From the IMG/VR virus record IMGVR_UViG_3300027861_000001, positions 85,054-149,053 of that record: DNA of 64,000 nt, one strand, 5' to 3'. This document shows, piece by piece, positions 20,038-30,838 of this stretch. The DNA is from a virus. The translations under genes were made by a program, and so were the position numbers. The stretch's first letter is position 1. Each line of letters opens with the position of its first letter. The notes under the pieces were generated by a model, which saw only the letters and a program-made list of their open reading frames with translations, searched no databases and was not told the DNA's origin.

Positions 20038-20454
20038 TTAATCCATCTTTAAAATGGTCATTGTAACGTCCCAAGAATCTTCCCCATCTCCCACTGAAGC
20101 TGTAGCTAATACTGGCCGAAAAACTGCACTAAAATCAATAATTAAGCACTGAAACGGTTCAGTAACAGAACTGCCAGGGTCTCCAGGGTAGTAAAGATGA
20201 TCCCAACATGTATCTATTATGTTTCTAGCATAATATAAGGTTTCTAATTCCCTCATCATACTACCAGCTATTGCCGTAAATTTTAACACACGCGTAGCAC
20301 CATCGAAACCACCAATTTGAACGCTTGGAACAGTCGAACCTACAAAGTTAATTTGTTCATGTCTTAATGACCGTACCCAGTAAGTATCTCCTCCAGCCCT
20401 GTCTGGATTACGTACAAATGTATAATCACCAAGAACCCATCTATTTACAGCCAT
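20038..20454 (-). CDS. Distal tail (Dit-like) protein
   Basis: Small beta-rich protein immediately downstream of the tape measure gene. Confidence 0.55.
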   Translation of the reverse strand: MAVNRWVLGDYTFVRNPDRAGGDTYWVRSLRHEQINFVGSTVPSVQIGGFDGATRVLKFTAIAGSMMRELETLYYARNIIDTCWDHLYYPGDPGSSVTEPFQCLIIDFSAVFRPVLATASVGDGEDSWDVTMTILKMD

Positions 20455-20457
20455 TTT

Positions 20458-23400
20458 TTACCTCGAATTTGTTAAACTCTTACCCCTACTTTTTTGACCA
20501 GCCCTTGAAGTTAAATTAAAGTTATCAGGATCACCAACTAACATTGCTTTCATATTAGTAAGAAGCTGACCCATCTTAACGTTAAGATTATCCATTTGCC
20601 CCTCTATACTAATTAATGTACCATTACTTTGAGTTAGAATGTTATCCGTAGAACTAGTATCAACAATTAAAGGAGCACCAGGTTCTGTTCCTAACATAGG
20701 TGTTGTTGGTTGAGCTTGTAGTGGTTGAGACATTGGTACACCAGCCAACATTTGATTAGTCATATTAGGAATTAAAGCAGCTTGAGTTTCATTCCACCAA
20801 GCACGTTTACCAACGTGATAACCTGTAGGAACATTATACTCAACTTCAACCATAGCTTGAGTATTTTTTTCTATTTCTCCTGTTAGTGCATTAAGCGCAA
20901 ACGTGTTAGCTTCTTCACTATAAATAGCATTTTTATCAAGACTAGGATCATAGAAAGAAAAGACACCTTTTTCTGTTTTACCAAACAACTGAGCAATTCC
21001 AAGTAAAGATTGATATCTTTGTCCCCATTTAGAACTAGAGTCTGTAAGCCCTTGTTGTATCTTATTAATTATATCAAGAGGTTTACTTTGAATATCACCC
21101 CAATTGATAAAGGAAGTTACCCTTTTAACTGCCCCCTGAGCTATAAGGTTAACATTTTCTAGTTTTACTAAGTCATCACTAAGTGTAGAAACTGTCTTTA
21201 TTATCTCGTTTAACGAAGCCAGAGTTTCCGCATCGTTGGTAAGTTCCAACTTTTTGTTTAGGTGTTCTAAAACATCACCAAGATTTTCTTGTGTTATCTC
21301 GCCAAACACATCTGGGAGAAACCCTTTAGCATCTTTTGCTTGTTGACCGGTTATAAATGAATTCCAGCTTGTGTTAAATGTAGTAATCGTTCCTGTAACA
21401 CTTTGTAATTCCTCTAGCAGTTCAGGAGCATATTTTTTTACTTGCAAAAACTGTTCTAGAGGAATAGCTTCACCTAAAGCAGTATATTCTTCACCCAACC
21501 TTGACACTTCTTCTAAATGTGTAGCATATGATAAAGCAAGACCACCATAAACGTCCTTTAACATTTCAAAGTCTTCGGCAGACATGGTTGATCTACCCTC
21601 TAAAAGTTCTTGCATTAACTCTCTTTCTATTGCTAATAAGCTCTTACCACCAGTAGTTATTCCACCAACCTCTGAAGCAATTACACCAGGATATGTAGTG
21701 GAAAGACCAATCTGTCCGGCTTGCATTGATTCACCTAATTTACCAGTCATAAGACCAAACGGTGCTCTGAAGTCAAGGTTAGCTACTGACGATAAAATTT
21801 GGAACATTTTTTCAGTTCCTACTATTTGTCGTTCAGTATACTCAACATTTCTTTCTAAAATAGAGCTAACTTCTGCTTGGATTACAGCATACGCATTACC
21901 AGCTACCGTTACAGCTTTTTGAGTTTCAGCATACTCCTCAGCCCACTCTACAGCTAATCTATAGGTTTCAGCATCTTCTTTATATCTATCAGGAACTATT
22001 CCACCTTCATCAGTTAAGGCTTTTAATCCTCTCATAGCCGCAACAGTCCACTGAACTTCATCGCTTATGTTCTGCCACTCAACAAAACCATGTTTAGTTG
22101 CTTCGTTTAGTTCTTCTTGGCTTATTAAACCTAACTCTCTTGCTCTCTCAAGCTCAGGTAATGCACCAAGACCTTCTTTCCACGCTTTTTTTGCTTCATA
22201 GTTTTGTTTAAGAAGCTCAGCCGAATGTTGTATTTCTCGTGGAGCAAAATATTCAGCATATTTAGCTTGTCTACCACTACCAATTTTAGGATATTCTTTC
22301 TTAGCTTCTTTCCTTAATTCCTTTATTTGCTCTTCTACAGTAAATACACTACCTTCGTCTACATCAGTAGGATGATAAACTTCTTGTATAATCTCTTGAA
22401 CTTTAGTAGCAAAATCGGTAGAGACATCATCAAATATGTTCTTAAACATACCCTTCATTTTGTCTTCTGAAGATATCATACTTTTAACAATGGTATCCGC
22501 AATAAATCCACCAACTGCACCACCAGCAGCCATTCCTATAGGGCCTCCTAGAGCTAATCCAACACCACCACCAAGTCCCATTCCTGCCGATTGCCAACCA
22601 CCCATACCAAGTCCTTGTCCTACCATACCGAGCATCATACCACCCATCATACCACCACCAGCGCCAGCACCACTAGTACCCCAACTAGCAGCACCTCTAC
22701 CTACTCCTGCCCATGCTTGTTTAGGTCCACTCCAATCCCAACCTCTTGGGCTGTACCAAGCACCACCAGTTGCCGGTGCGGGTGGAACAGCTGATACTCT
22801 TCTCGTCATAGCTTCTCTATACCCGCGCGGGTCTTTTGGGTCAAGAACTAGAGTCTGTAATGCTGGAGTAGCTGCTCTACCAGCAAAAGCTGGTCTAGCA
22901 GTATCCCTAACCGGTAAAAATCGTCCAAAACCTTGTCGCATAGCTTGCATCCGTGTAGTACCAACCGATGCTGTTGTCACTAATGCTAATCTATTTTGCG
23001 CTGCTGTTAAGTTAACTGCTGCCATTTGTTGATTAGCTGTTGCTTTTAGTAATCCATTTTTTAATACTATTTCACGTCTTGTTAAAGAGGCCATTCTGTT
23101 AGTGTTTGTAGTAAGTAACTGATCAGAACGAACTCTAGCTAGATTAGCACTAGTCCTTTGTTGTTGTTGCTTAGCAAAAGCTGCTCTATTGGCAGCATCA
23201 GATACACCTAGCTTAGCAGCTGAAATTTGAGCACCCGAACCCCTCAAAGAAGCGGCTGGAACACCAGCAAACCCGGCAATACTAGCATCCATCATAGGTA
23301 GTTTTCTAGCAACACCAGCCAAACCACCTAACCAACCTCCTGCCGCTTTAGCTATCTTTAATCCAACAAATGCTGCTGCTAATATAGTTAATGTTTTGGC

Positions 23401-24651
23401 TAGAGTTAGTAATGGGCCATTTATACCAGATATCTTATCAAAAACAGTAGCTAATCCTTGCATCATGTTTGTCAAAGAACCAATTGCACCAGACTCTTTA
23501 CCAATAGTCATAAGAGCTTTATTTTGAGCAGCTGTAAATTTGTCCCAAGTATTCGCCAAAGTATTAACAATTTTTGCATTAGCATCAATAGCTTGTCCAT
23601 TAGCATTAGCAGAAATAGTAGACGTTGCTATTGCTTGATCAAAGTTATTTAACAAAGCAATAAATTGAGCATACCTTCTCTGCCCTGCACCAGCTGCTTT
23701 TGCTATTTCTAACCATGCAGACTCGTCCAACACATCTTGTTGTTTCATCGCTGATAGTTGAGACATAATGTCCCAATAGTTCCTTACTTCCCCAGCAGAG
23801 TCTCTAACAGCCACACCAAATCGTGACAATGTTTTTATAGACTCTTGGTTATATAAAGTAGACATCAATGCTCGAATCGCATTACCAACTTCTACTGGAC
23901 CTAATGTTACAGCCTCACTTAAAGCTGCAACAAGACCGTTAACTTGGTCAACATTTAATCCTGCTGAAGCCGCAGCACCTGACATTATAGCAAAACCCTG
24001 TGCTAAATCATTAACAGATGTTGCTGCGTTCTGCGAAACAGCTACCCACTTATCAAGCAGCATCATACCTTGGTCTAACTCCAACCCCGTCTGTCGTAAA
24101 GAACCAACTAAGATATCCATAGATTGTGAGTAATCCATTCCAGTAATATTAGCCAAAATAGAAGAATCACGTAACATTACAGTTGCTGTAGCCAGTCTCT
24201 TCGTCTCATTAGTAAGACTAGCTGTAGCTCGTAAAGCTAAATCCATACCCCTTAAGGTTCTTTCAATGGGCATACCAAATTCAATCGCCACGTCAGCTAC
24301 TTGTTTGAAGTATGTATAAAGTTCATCACCTACTTTTCCAGTAGTGATGCTTATTCTTGCTAATGAAAGTTCTAAGTCTTTCCAAACTTCTACAGTTTCT
24401 GCAAGCTTCTTAAATACTCCATAAACACCGAAAATCGCTGCTTGCCAAATAAGAACTTTCTTAGTAGCAATAGCAGCTTGGTTACCAAAATTTTCTAGTG
24501 TTATAGCACCACGAACACCTTCAGAACTAAAATTCATCATAGCTCTGTTTGTATGTCCCACAGCAGTACCCATAGATTGTATACCGCTGGTTGTTGCTGC
24601 TAATTGTTGCCCATACCCTTGGCTGGTAATTGGACCTGTAGTATATGCCAT
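20458..24651 (-). CDS. Tail tape measure protein
   Basis: 1397 aa, Ala/Gly-rich and helical; TP901-type N-terminal domain (GNAIRALMS...FGVAVRD..GEVR); follows the frameshifted chaperone pair. Confidence 0.93.
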   Translation of the reverse strand: MAYTTGPITSQGYGQQLAATTSGIQSMGTAVGHTNRAMMNFSSEGVRGAITLENFGNQAAIATKKVLIWQAAIFGVYGVFKKLAETVEVWKDLELSLARISITTGKVGDELYTYFKQVADVAIEFGMPIERTLRGMDLALRATASLTNETKRLATATVMLRDSSILANITGMDYSQSMDILVGSLRQTGLELDQGMMLLDKWVAVSQNAATSVNDLAQGFAIMSGAAASAGLNVDQVNGLVAALSEAVTLGPVEVGNAIRALMSTLYNQESIKTLSRFGVAVRDSAGEVRNYWDIMSQLSAMKQQDVLDESAWLEIAKAAGAGQRRYAQFIALLNNFDQAIATSTISANANGQAIDANAKIVNTLANTWDKFTAAQNKALMTIGKESGAIGSLTNMMQGLATVFDKISGINGPLLTLAKTLTILAAAFVGLKIAKAAGGWLGGLAGVARKLPMMDASIAGFAGVPAASLRGSGAQISAAKLGVSDAANRAAFAKQQQQRTSANLARVRSDQLLTTNTNRMASLTRREIVLKNGLLKATANQQMAAVNLTAAQNRLALVTTASVGTTRMQAMRQGFGRFLPVRDTARPAFAGRAATPALQTLVLDPKDPRGYREAMTRRVSAVPPAPATGGAWYSPRGWDWSGPKQAWAGVGRGAASWGTSGAGAGGGMMGGMMLGMVGQGLGMGGWQSAGMGLGGGVGLALGGPIGMAAGGAVGGFIADTIVKSMISSEDKMKGMFKNIFDDVSTDFATKVQEIIQEVYHPTDVDEGSVFTVEEQIKELRKEAKKEYPKIGSGRQAKYAEYFAPREIQHSAELLKQNYEAKKAWKEGLGALPELERARELGLISQEELNEATKHGFVEWQNISDEVQWTVAAMRGLKALTDEGGIVPDRYKEDAETYRLAVEWAEEYAETQKAVTVAGNAYAVIQAEVSSILERNVEYTERQIVGTEKMFQILSSVANLDFRAPFGLMTGKLGESMQAGQIGLSTTYPGVIASEVGGITTGGKSLLAIERELMQELLEGRSTMSAEDFEMLKDVYGGLALSYATHLEEVSRLGEEYTALGEAIPLEQFLQVKKYAPELLEELQSVTGTITTFNTSWNSFITGQQAKDAKGFLPDVFGEITQENLGDVLEHLNKKLELTNDAETLASLNEIIKTVSTLSDDLVKLENVNLIAQGAVKRVTSFINWGDIQSKPLDIINKIQQGLTDSSSKWGQRYQSLLGIAQLFGKTEKGVFSFYDPSLDKNAIYSEEANTFALNALTGEIEKNTQAMVEVEYNVPTGYHVGKRAWWNETQAALIPNMTNQMLAGVPMSQPLQAQPTTPMLGTEPGAPLIVDTSSTDNILTQSNGTLISIEGQMDNLNVKMGQLLTNMKAMLVGDPDNFNLTSRAGQKSRGKSLTNSR

Positions 24652-24664
24652 ATAAATTATACCT

Positions 24665-24940
24665 CTACTCTATACTGGATTCATCAGTAGGAATTACAAA
24701 CTCTGTTTGTATATTGTCACCATAGACGCGATCAAACCATTCTGAAATTTTTGAGGGTTTATCCCAAATACTTCTAGGAGGTCTTTTGTCCTCTGGTAAT
24801 TCCATATAAGAGTCTATCTGTATTCTTCTCTTTATAACAAAAGATACAGTATAAGGATACTCACTGACCCCGAAACCATCTAAAGATTTATGAAGCGGTT
24901 GTTCAAGCTTTCTGACAACGTGCCACCAACCAGTGAACAC
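24665..24940 (-). CDS. Tail assembly chaperone, gpT-like C-terminal part (expressed by -1 frameshift)
   Basis: Frame is open back to the slippery site at 24955-24961; no SD before the GTG. Confidence 0.8.
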   Translation of the reverse strand: MFTGWWHVVRKLEQPLHKSLDGFGVSEYPYTVSFVIKRRIQIDSYMELPEDKRPPRSIWDKPSKISEWFDRVYGDNIQTEFVIPTDESSIE

Positions 24941-24951
24941 GCTGTCCTCAG

Positions 24952-25641
24952 CTAATTTTTTAAGTCTTCACCCATAAGTTCTAGTTTGTTGTAGGCATCA
25001 GATAGTTGTGTTTTCAAATTAATGTTACTAGAAAGATACTCTTCAAAAGAATCAAACGCAAGCGTTTTATAGTTTGTATCTTTATATGTTCCTTTATAAA
25101 TACAAAAATCTCTAAACATATTTGCAAACACTCTTGAACTCTCTATATCAATTACTGCTGTAACATATAATTTCTTTATATCTTTTGCAGCATCTTTCTC
25201 CAGCTCTTTCCTTCTTTCTTTTGACCTTTTTTCCATGTAGTCCGTCAATTGTTTTATACGAGATGTCTTTGCCTCATCTTGAGCAGCAGTATATTCTTCT
25301 TGTTCCTCTAGTGTTGGAGTATCTGACAACTCTGGTATAGCTACTTCCTTTATATGAAGCAACCCTTCCTCACTATAGCTAGGAGTCTCAGAAGCAACAA
25401 CGCTATCAATCATGTCTTCTTTTTTCAAAGATTCCAAATCGATAAATGAAGCCATATACTCTTCTGTGGTGTTGTCTCTCAGCTTCATTCGCTGTTCACG
25501 ACTCTTTCTTAAAGCAACAGTTCTTGCTTCTTGATAATCTAAGTCACCGACTACTCTTACATACACAGTAGCCTTTATATCATCTCTGTGCATAAGTTCG
25601 ACCTTTGTTTTCCATCTAAAAAGATCAGCTAAATTACTCAT
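24952..25641 (-). CDS. Tail assembly chaperone, gpG-like (start corrected to MSNLADL; ORF track start 25683 lies inside a terminator)
   Basis: Between major tail and tape measure genes; GAGAGGAAAGG SD before ATG 25641; ends GEDLKN*. Confidence 0.85.
   Translation of the reverse strand: MSNLADLFRWKTKVELMHRDDIKATVYVRVVGDLDYQEARTVALRKSREQRMKLRDNTTEEYMASFIDLESLKKEDMIDSVVASETPSYSEEGLLHIKEVAIPELSDTPTLEEQEEYTAAQDEAKTSRIKQLTDYMEKRSKERRKELEKDAAKDIKKLYVTAVIDIESSRVFANMFRDFCIYKGTYKDTNYKTLAFDSFEEYLSSNINLKTQLSDAYNKLELMGEDLKN
24955..24961 (-). other. Programmed -1 ribosomal frameshift slippery heptamer A-AAA-AAT
   Basis: TTA AAA AAT TAG at the gpG end; a -1 shift reads ...LKKLAEDSVFTGWWH into the next ORF. 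Confidence 0.88.
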
Positions 25642-25659
25642 TTCCTTTCCTCTCTTTAC

Positions 25660-25708
25660 AAAAATAGGGGAACCCCAAGACATATAAATGCCAATTGAGG
25701 TTCCCCTT
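25660..25708 (-). terminator. Rho-independent terminator after the major tail gene
   Basis: AGGGGAACCTCAA...TTGGGGTTCCCCT followed by ATTTTTG on the minus strand. Confidence 0.75.
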
Positions 25709-25766
25709 TATTAGTCGTTATACGACTGTTCCTTTTTTAACCTATTTAATTGTTAGTCTTTATCTA

Positions 25767-26963
25767 TTATGTAGGGCCATTACCGCTATACACAATACAC
25801 TGTGAATCATCAGACGCGAAATTAAACGTTTGTGTCAGTTGTCCACCAACATTAGTAGTAGTTCCATCAGACGTAATCCTCATTGATGGGATAGTTACCG
25901 TCTTAAGGACTGTGGAGTTATCGGCTGGGTCTTTAACTTCAACCTGCAACTGCAAAGTACGAGTGTCATATTGATCAACACCATACTCTTCGTAAGCATC
26001 TCCATCTTTATCACCAGTTGTAAGCAAAGCCACAACTTCATTGTCTACGTCTAATACACTAATATCACCTGTAACGTCAGGTGGTTCTGTTATGTAACCA
26101 ACTAGAGAAGTATTTCCCATCTCCTTAATAGGAGTATTAGGGAACGAACCTCGAATTGTTACACTTTGTACCCTATACTGAGTTTCCTTAGTATCGTCTG
26201 ATGCAAAAATATAAACAGGAATGTTCTTACCTTTGATAGCTGCTGGAACTGTACCATCTGAAATTTCACTCCAAGCCATAGTAGATGTACTTGAATGGTA
26301 CACAACTAGTGTTTTATCCGCAGGGTCACCGTAACTACCGCTAACGGTAACTGTTGTACCAGCAATTGAACATTCTGGGCCTTCCTCAAGCCAATCACCA
26401 GCAATAATTACGCTAAGAGCGTAATCACCATTTCTTAATTGTTTTGGTGTTTCAGATAGCTCAAACTCATTAGAACCATCTAGTACACCAGAGTCAACCA
26501 CGACGTCATTACTAAGGTATCTCTTTTCGCTACCCCCAACTGTGTACTCTTCTGTACTCTCACCGTCAACTGAATAAGTAAAATTAAAGTCAGTAATTTG
26601 AGCATACTTTACGTGAATACACTTCAAATGCTGGGCAACATCTGCTTGCTTAATGTAAGCAATCAAGTCACAAAATCCAAGATTTACAACATCCACACCA
26701 GCACCAGGATATGCTTCATAATCTGTACCAGTCAAAACTGAATAAATTCTGTGTGACACATCAAAAGCCTGAAATGTTGCTGTTACCTCTGGAATATCGG
26801 TAACAACACCAGCTCTTCCTGAGTTACCCAACTCATTAATAGTTGTGTTTGGAATGTTTACAGGTATATCAAGACGCTGAACACGATGTGCAAAAAAGTT
26901 GTCTACTGGACCTACAATCCTTAATTCTGTATCCTGATACGGAATCGCTACTCTTTTTGTCAT
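25767..26963 (-). CDS. Major tail tube protein
   Basis: Position; repeated RVQ...(N/K)E(L/M)GN tube-protein motifs; followed by a terminator. Confidence 0.8.
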   Translation of the reverse strand: MTKRVAIPYQDTELRIVGPVDNFFAHRVQRLDIPVNIPNTTINELGNSGRAGVVTDIPEVTATFQAFDVSHRIYSVLTGTDYEAYPGAGVDVVNLGFCDLIAYIKQADVAQHLKCIHVKYAQITDFNFTYSVDGESTEEYTVGGSEKRYLSNDVVVDSGVLDGSNEFELSETPKQLRNGDYALSVIIAGDWLEEGPECSIAGTTVTVSGSYGDPADKTLVVYHSSTSTMAWSEISDGTVPAAIKGKNIPVYIFASDDTKETQYRVQSVTIRGSFPNTPIKEMGNTSLVGYITEPPDVTGDISVLDVDNEVVALLTTGDKDGDAYEEYGVDQYDTRTLQLQVEVKDPADNSTVLKTVTIPSMRITSDGTTTNVGGQLTQTFNFASDDSQCIVYSGNGPT

Positions 26964-27090
26964 TCTACAACCCTCTTATTTATTTTCCCTCTCTCAATAT
27001 ACTAACATTACCTTTTCTACCTAAATAACCTTTTTTATTCCGCACCTTTTTTACCGAAAAAATTTCTCCTTCCCTGAGAGAGTATCTCCA

Positions 27091-27570
27091 TTATTGCGCT
27101 TTAGTAGACTTAGTACTAAAACTAACATTTACACGCCAATATTTATTTTTGTTTCCGAAACCAAACCCATACGTGGGTTTTAACGTTCTGTCCTCTGGAC
27201 TTACATATTCAATAATTCTTAAGTCTACACCAATTATGCTTTTCCCTGTGTCAGCATTAAATCCAGAAGAATAATCTCTTATTGGAATGGCGTTATCTAA
27301 CGCAGCATATAACAAGTCACCCAAGTCGTCACGTTGGGTATCTGTCGATGCAAAAATATCTACAGACCAGTCTCTTTCGAACCAAGCTGCGCCAAGCTCA
27401 CCACCTATTTCAGCCGTTAACTTATGTTCAATAGAAGCTGATGGAACTATTAATGTTCCAGTTTCAATTTCATTATAAGGATAGCTATCAACAACGCTGG
27501 TTACATAGGAACCTATAATATTTTTCACAAAGAAATATACGCTTAAGTCTTCGTTTCTAAGTTTACCCAT
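27091..27570 (-). CDS. Tail terminator / completion protein
   Basis: WSVDIFA...QRDDL motif; immediately upstream of the tube gene. Confidence 0.65.
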   Translation of the reverse strand: MGKLRNEDLSVYFFVKNIIGSYVTSVVDSYPYNEIETGTLIVPSASIEHKLTAEIGGELGAAWFERDWSVDIFASTDTQRDDLGDLLYAALDNAIPIRDYSSGFNADTGKSIIGVDLRIIEYVSPEDRTLKPTYGFGFGNKNKYWRVNVSFSTKSTKAQ

Positions 27571-27573
27571 TAT

Positions 27574-27762
27574 CTACATACCCAAACCAACTCCGAGAAG
27601 TACACCACCAAGCGCAAATACCCAAGCAGTAATCTTCATAAGTATCATCCAAATTGGTTCCTTATAAATAATTTCAAGAGCTACCGCACCTCCGGTAGCA
27701 ACTGTTCCTCCAGCCATCAATATTATCCCCGCCAAGCAGAACGCTACTTCTATTCCTGCCAT
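27574..27762 (-). CDS. Small two-TM membrane protein (holin-like candidate)
   Basis: 62 aa, two hydrophobic segments; AGGAG SD. Confidence 0.55.
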   Translation of the reverse strand: MAGIEVAFCLAGIILMAGGTVATGGAVALEIIYKEPIWMILMKITAWVFALGGVLLGVGLGM

Positions 27763-27774
27763 TTTTTCTCCTTT

Positions 27775-28662
27775 CTATTTTGGAATTCTCCCTGTAAACC
27801 TTCTTATTAAATTACCAAGTCTATCAAATATTGCACCACGTCCCATCAATACATTCATTGAACCAAACTTAACTACCTTCTCACTACCAGCTATGACAAA
27901 CACCATGTTTCCTTTTTTTGACTTCCACTGATAACCAAGGTGTCGTCTATCGTCTATGGTCATTACAGCAGCTTCAGTTTGTGCAAACCCTATTGTAACA
28001 TTTATCAAAGCTAATAGTCTAGCCAACACTACACTTCGTTCAAAAGCTCTTAACATCTCTTTTTTGTAGGTGTGACCAAACGATCTTAATAAATGCTTTG
28101 ATTGAAATCCGACTACTGGTTGAGAATTACCCCACTCAATCAGCTCCCAAAACGGTGCTATCTCTTCGTCTATCATAAGGCTACATTTAGCATCTGTCAA
28201 CCGACTGTAGGTGTCATTTTTATCTCTACCTTGTAGAAAAGCAATATACATACCAGTAAATCCTTCAAGAGTACCTGCATAATCACGAACCCTGTTCTGA
28301 ATTCTTTGTAAGTCAGCTAAGTCACCAAGCAACCTTAAATCAATATACTTAGCTTGATAAAGACCAGACTCATCAATGTAAACACCTGTGTGCCCGTTTC
28401 TTGCAAAAGCAGACTCTAACACTTCCATGTAAATAGGTGAGTTACTGTACTCATGAATATCATACATTGCTTTTAGAAACTCTTCTTTTAATTGTTCGTT
28501 CAGTGTAAAAGCTGATATTTTTAGTTGTTGATAAATGATGGTAGAAACTTCACCTAACATAAAGGCAATGTTTAGTGGTGAAACTACTAATCCAGCCGCA
28601 GCAATTACACCTGGCGGATTAAAAGCGACGATACTGTGTGTATGCACTAATGATCTATTCAT
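27775..28662 (-). CDS. Hypothetical neck/tail-completion protein
   Basis: Position; APFWELIEWG resembles the HK97-gp10-type YAxxxExG motif. Confidence 0.5.
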   Translation of the reverse strand: MNRSLVHTHSIVAFNPPGVIAAAGLVVSPLNIAFMLGEVSTIIYQQLKISAFTLNEQLKEEFLKAMYDIHEYSNSPIYMEVLESAFARNGHTGVYIDESGLYQAKYIDLRLLGDLADLQRIQNRVRDYAGTLEGFTGMYIAFLQGRDKNDTYSRLTDAKCSLMIDEEIAPFWELIEWGNSQPVVGFQSKHLLRSFGHTYKKEMLRAFERSVVLARLLALINVTIGFAQTEAAVMTIDDRRHLGYQWKSKKGNMVFVIAGSEKVVKFGSMNVLMGRGAIFDRLGNLIRRFTGRIPK

Positions 28663-28885
28663 TTACTCCTTCAACACTTATACCAACCACTGTAAAAATA
28701 CCACGAGTGAAAGAGTTCATGTTGTCCAACACTATCTTTCGTACTTTTTTAAACTGCTCTTGGTCTTGTATTTCCTCTTCTAATTCTCCCAAAGCAATCG
28801 CGCAATATTTCTTTTTCTTTTTGTCAATCATTCTTACAATTTCCAGTTCTGTAAGACCACCCTCTAATTCCTGTTTTCTTTCCAT
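28655..28885 (-). CDS. Hypothetical protein
   Basis: AAGG SD; overlaps the start of the next gene. Confidence 0.65.
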   Translation of the reverse strand: MERKQELEGGLTELEIVRMIDKKKKKYCAIALGELEEEIQDQEQFKKVRKIVLDNMNSFTRGIFTVVGISVEGVNE

Positions 28886-28928
28886 AATTAATTCCTTACC
28901 TATTTTTAAGTTCCACAGCTCTTAACAT

Positions 28929-29381
28929 TTAACTCTTCTCAAACTCTGTACATAAGAAACGAATTCTGTCTCTAGTTGGTACTCCTCTGTATATTTTCTG
29001 CGTGGGATTAAGTTTTCTGGAATCAGCAATTATGTATTTTATACTTGATATTTGGTCACTTGTTAAAACGTCTATGTCAATAGTAATTGAACAATCACCA
29101 ACAAACGATTCACCCGCTGTGTCTTTGTCAGAGATGTCTTGGGAGTTCCACCTCACGTGTGCCGTAGTGGTTACCACGTCATCAGTAAATAGATAATATG
29201 CACCAGAACACTCGCTACACAACGAATTCAAACTCGTTTTATTAATTCCATCCAACAAATTAGCACCGGAACAAAGCGAACACTCAGTATATGATCCTTC
29301 TAAATAGAACGATACAGTTTGTCCAATTGCTGCTCTAATGCTGTCTTTAGTAGATTTTGTTGACGGAAATTCAATAGCCAC
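28929..29381 (-). CDS. Head-closure/stopper-like protein with Zn-binding cysteines
   Basis: CSLC...CSEC insertion in a beta-rich neck protein; position. Confidence 0.55.
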   Translation of the reverse strand: MAIEFPSTKSTKDSIRAAIGQTVSFYLEGSYTECSLCSGANLLDGINKTSLNSLCSECSGAYYLFTDDVVTTTAHVRWNSQDISDKDTAGESFVGDCSITIDIDVLTSDQISSIKYIIADSRKLNPTQKIYRGVPTRDRIRFLCTEFEKS

Positions 29382-29392
29382 GAAAAAACCTC

Positions 29393-30655
29393 TTATGACT
29401 CGTATTTTTGAGACGTTAAAGATGAATTAAGTGTTTCAACAACTAACGAATCAAATTGGTTAGCAATATAATCCCACGTAAATTCTTCTCTTTGAGTATA
29501 TTTATATGCTGTTTTAGCATATTCAGCTAGTTTTATTCTATCAAAATATAATTCGTCTAAAATCTCAACTAAGTGCTCTATACTAATTACCCCACCTTCT
29601 GTGTTAACACCACCAGTCAAAACGTCCCAGTGGTCAACATCAATTAGCGGAGCATACCCTGTCCACAATTCTTTACAAGCTGAATGGTTAGGAACAATTT
29701 GTGCAACACCACATGCTGCGCTTTCGAACGGGCTTAAACCAAACCCTTCACCCATCGATGTCATTACTTGTACATCAGCACAGTTATAAACTTTGCAAAG
29801 ATTTTGAATTGTTACCCCTTCTGCTGCTGTCATGTCCGATTGATCAGTTATATATAACTTGTCGTCTATACCCCACCTTTGTGATAAAGAAACTAAGTTC
29901 CAACCAACATCATTTAAGACCCCATGATAATAAAAAGCAATATTTTTACGGTCACTTGGACTCTTTCTTTCCAACCAAACCGACATTGCTTTCAAAAATA
30001 AATCTAAACGTTTTCTAGGTTGGTTTCTATTAACGTTCTGAACAATGAATAACTCGTCTGGAATATTCTGAAGAAGATGCCTAGCGTCTTCCATTGGATA
30101 AAACTCGTCAGTGTCTACTCCGTGACCAATAATTTTTATGCTGTGTGGATATACTTGCTCAATGGCTTTCTTTCCAAACTCAGTATACGCTGTTACTTGT
30201 GCACCAACCTCACGTATAACTCTTAACCATTCTTCCTGAACAGGTAAAGCGTCTACTGGAGAGTATATAATAACTTTTTGCCCTTCTGGCATGTGGCTTA
30301 AATACTCTTTAACAATCCACAAATCATTATTAATAATAATAACGTCTGGTTTCTCTTTACGTATGATCTCTTCTACCCTGTTAAACCCATACAAATTTCC
30401 AGTTGTTCTGGCTGGATAAATCCTAATTAACCCTTCATATCTATGTGGATCACCTATTGGATGGTTAATACCCAGCACAGAAATTTCATATTTACCTGTC
30501 CTAAGTAACCCTTCCAGCACTCCCTGAGAAACTCTCCCAAACCCCGTAGTTACGGCAGGCGAATCTCCGATCCAAAATAATTTTGTTTTGTTTCCCATGT
30601 CCTCTCCTTTGCTATCCTTTTTTATCCTACATTCAAAATTAATACACTTGACCAA
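29393..30655 (-). CDS. GT-B (GT4-like) glycosyltransferase (probable start MGNKTK near 30598)
   Basis: TGFGRV, GHGVD, NRNQPRKR, EGFGLSPFESAACG (E-x7-E). Confidence 0.9.
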   Translation of the reverse strand: MVKCINFECRIKKDSKGEDMGNKTKLFWIGDSPAVTTGFGRVSQGVLEGLLRTGKYEISVLGINHPIGDPHRYEGLIRIYPARTTGNLYGFNRVEEIIRKEKPDVIIINNDLWIVKEYLSHMPEGQKVIIYSPVDALPVQEEWLRVIREVGAQVTAYTEFGKKAIEQVYPHSIKIIGHGVDTDEFYPMEDARHLLQNIPDELFIVQNVNRNQPRKRLDLFLKAMSVWLERKSPSDRKNIAFYYHGVLNDVGWNLVSLSQRWGIDDKLYITDQSDMTAAEGVTIQNLCKVYNCADVQVMTSMGEGFGLSPFESAACGVAQIVPNHSACKELWTGYAPLIDVDHWDVLTGGVNTEGGVISIEHLVEILDELYFDRIKLAEYAKTAYKYTQREEFTWDYIANQFDSLVVETLNSSLTSQKYES

Positions 30656-30675
30656 GTTACTATAGTATCACCCAA

Positions 30676-30828
30676 CTAAACTGTCTTTACGGCACCAGTA
30701 CTATCAACATCTACGACAGTCCATTTCTCACTAGAACTATCCCAACCCACTAAAACACAAATTTTTACATTTAAATTCTCAACTAAATCAGCTACTTCTT
30801 CTAAAGTATCAAATGTTCTTACTACCAT
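30676..30828 (-). CDS. Small hypothetical protein, 50 aa (MVVRTFDTLEEV...; below the ORF-track cutoff)
   Basis: GGAGAG SD, ATG 30828, TAG 30676. Confidence 0.55.
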   Translation of the reverse strand: MVVRTFDTLEEVADLVENLNVKICVLVGWDSSSEKWTVVDVDSTGAVKTV

Positions 30829-30838
30829 ATTATCTCTC

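Noticed and set aside
27574-27762. Definite holin/lysis cassette
   Set aside because: Only hydrophobicity supports it and there is no adjacent endolysin; kept as a generic membrane protein.
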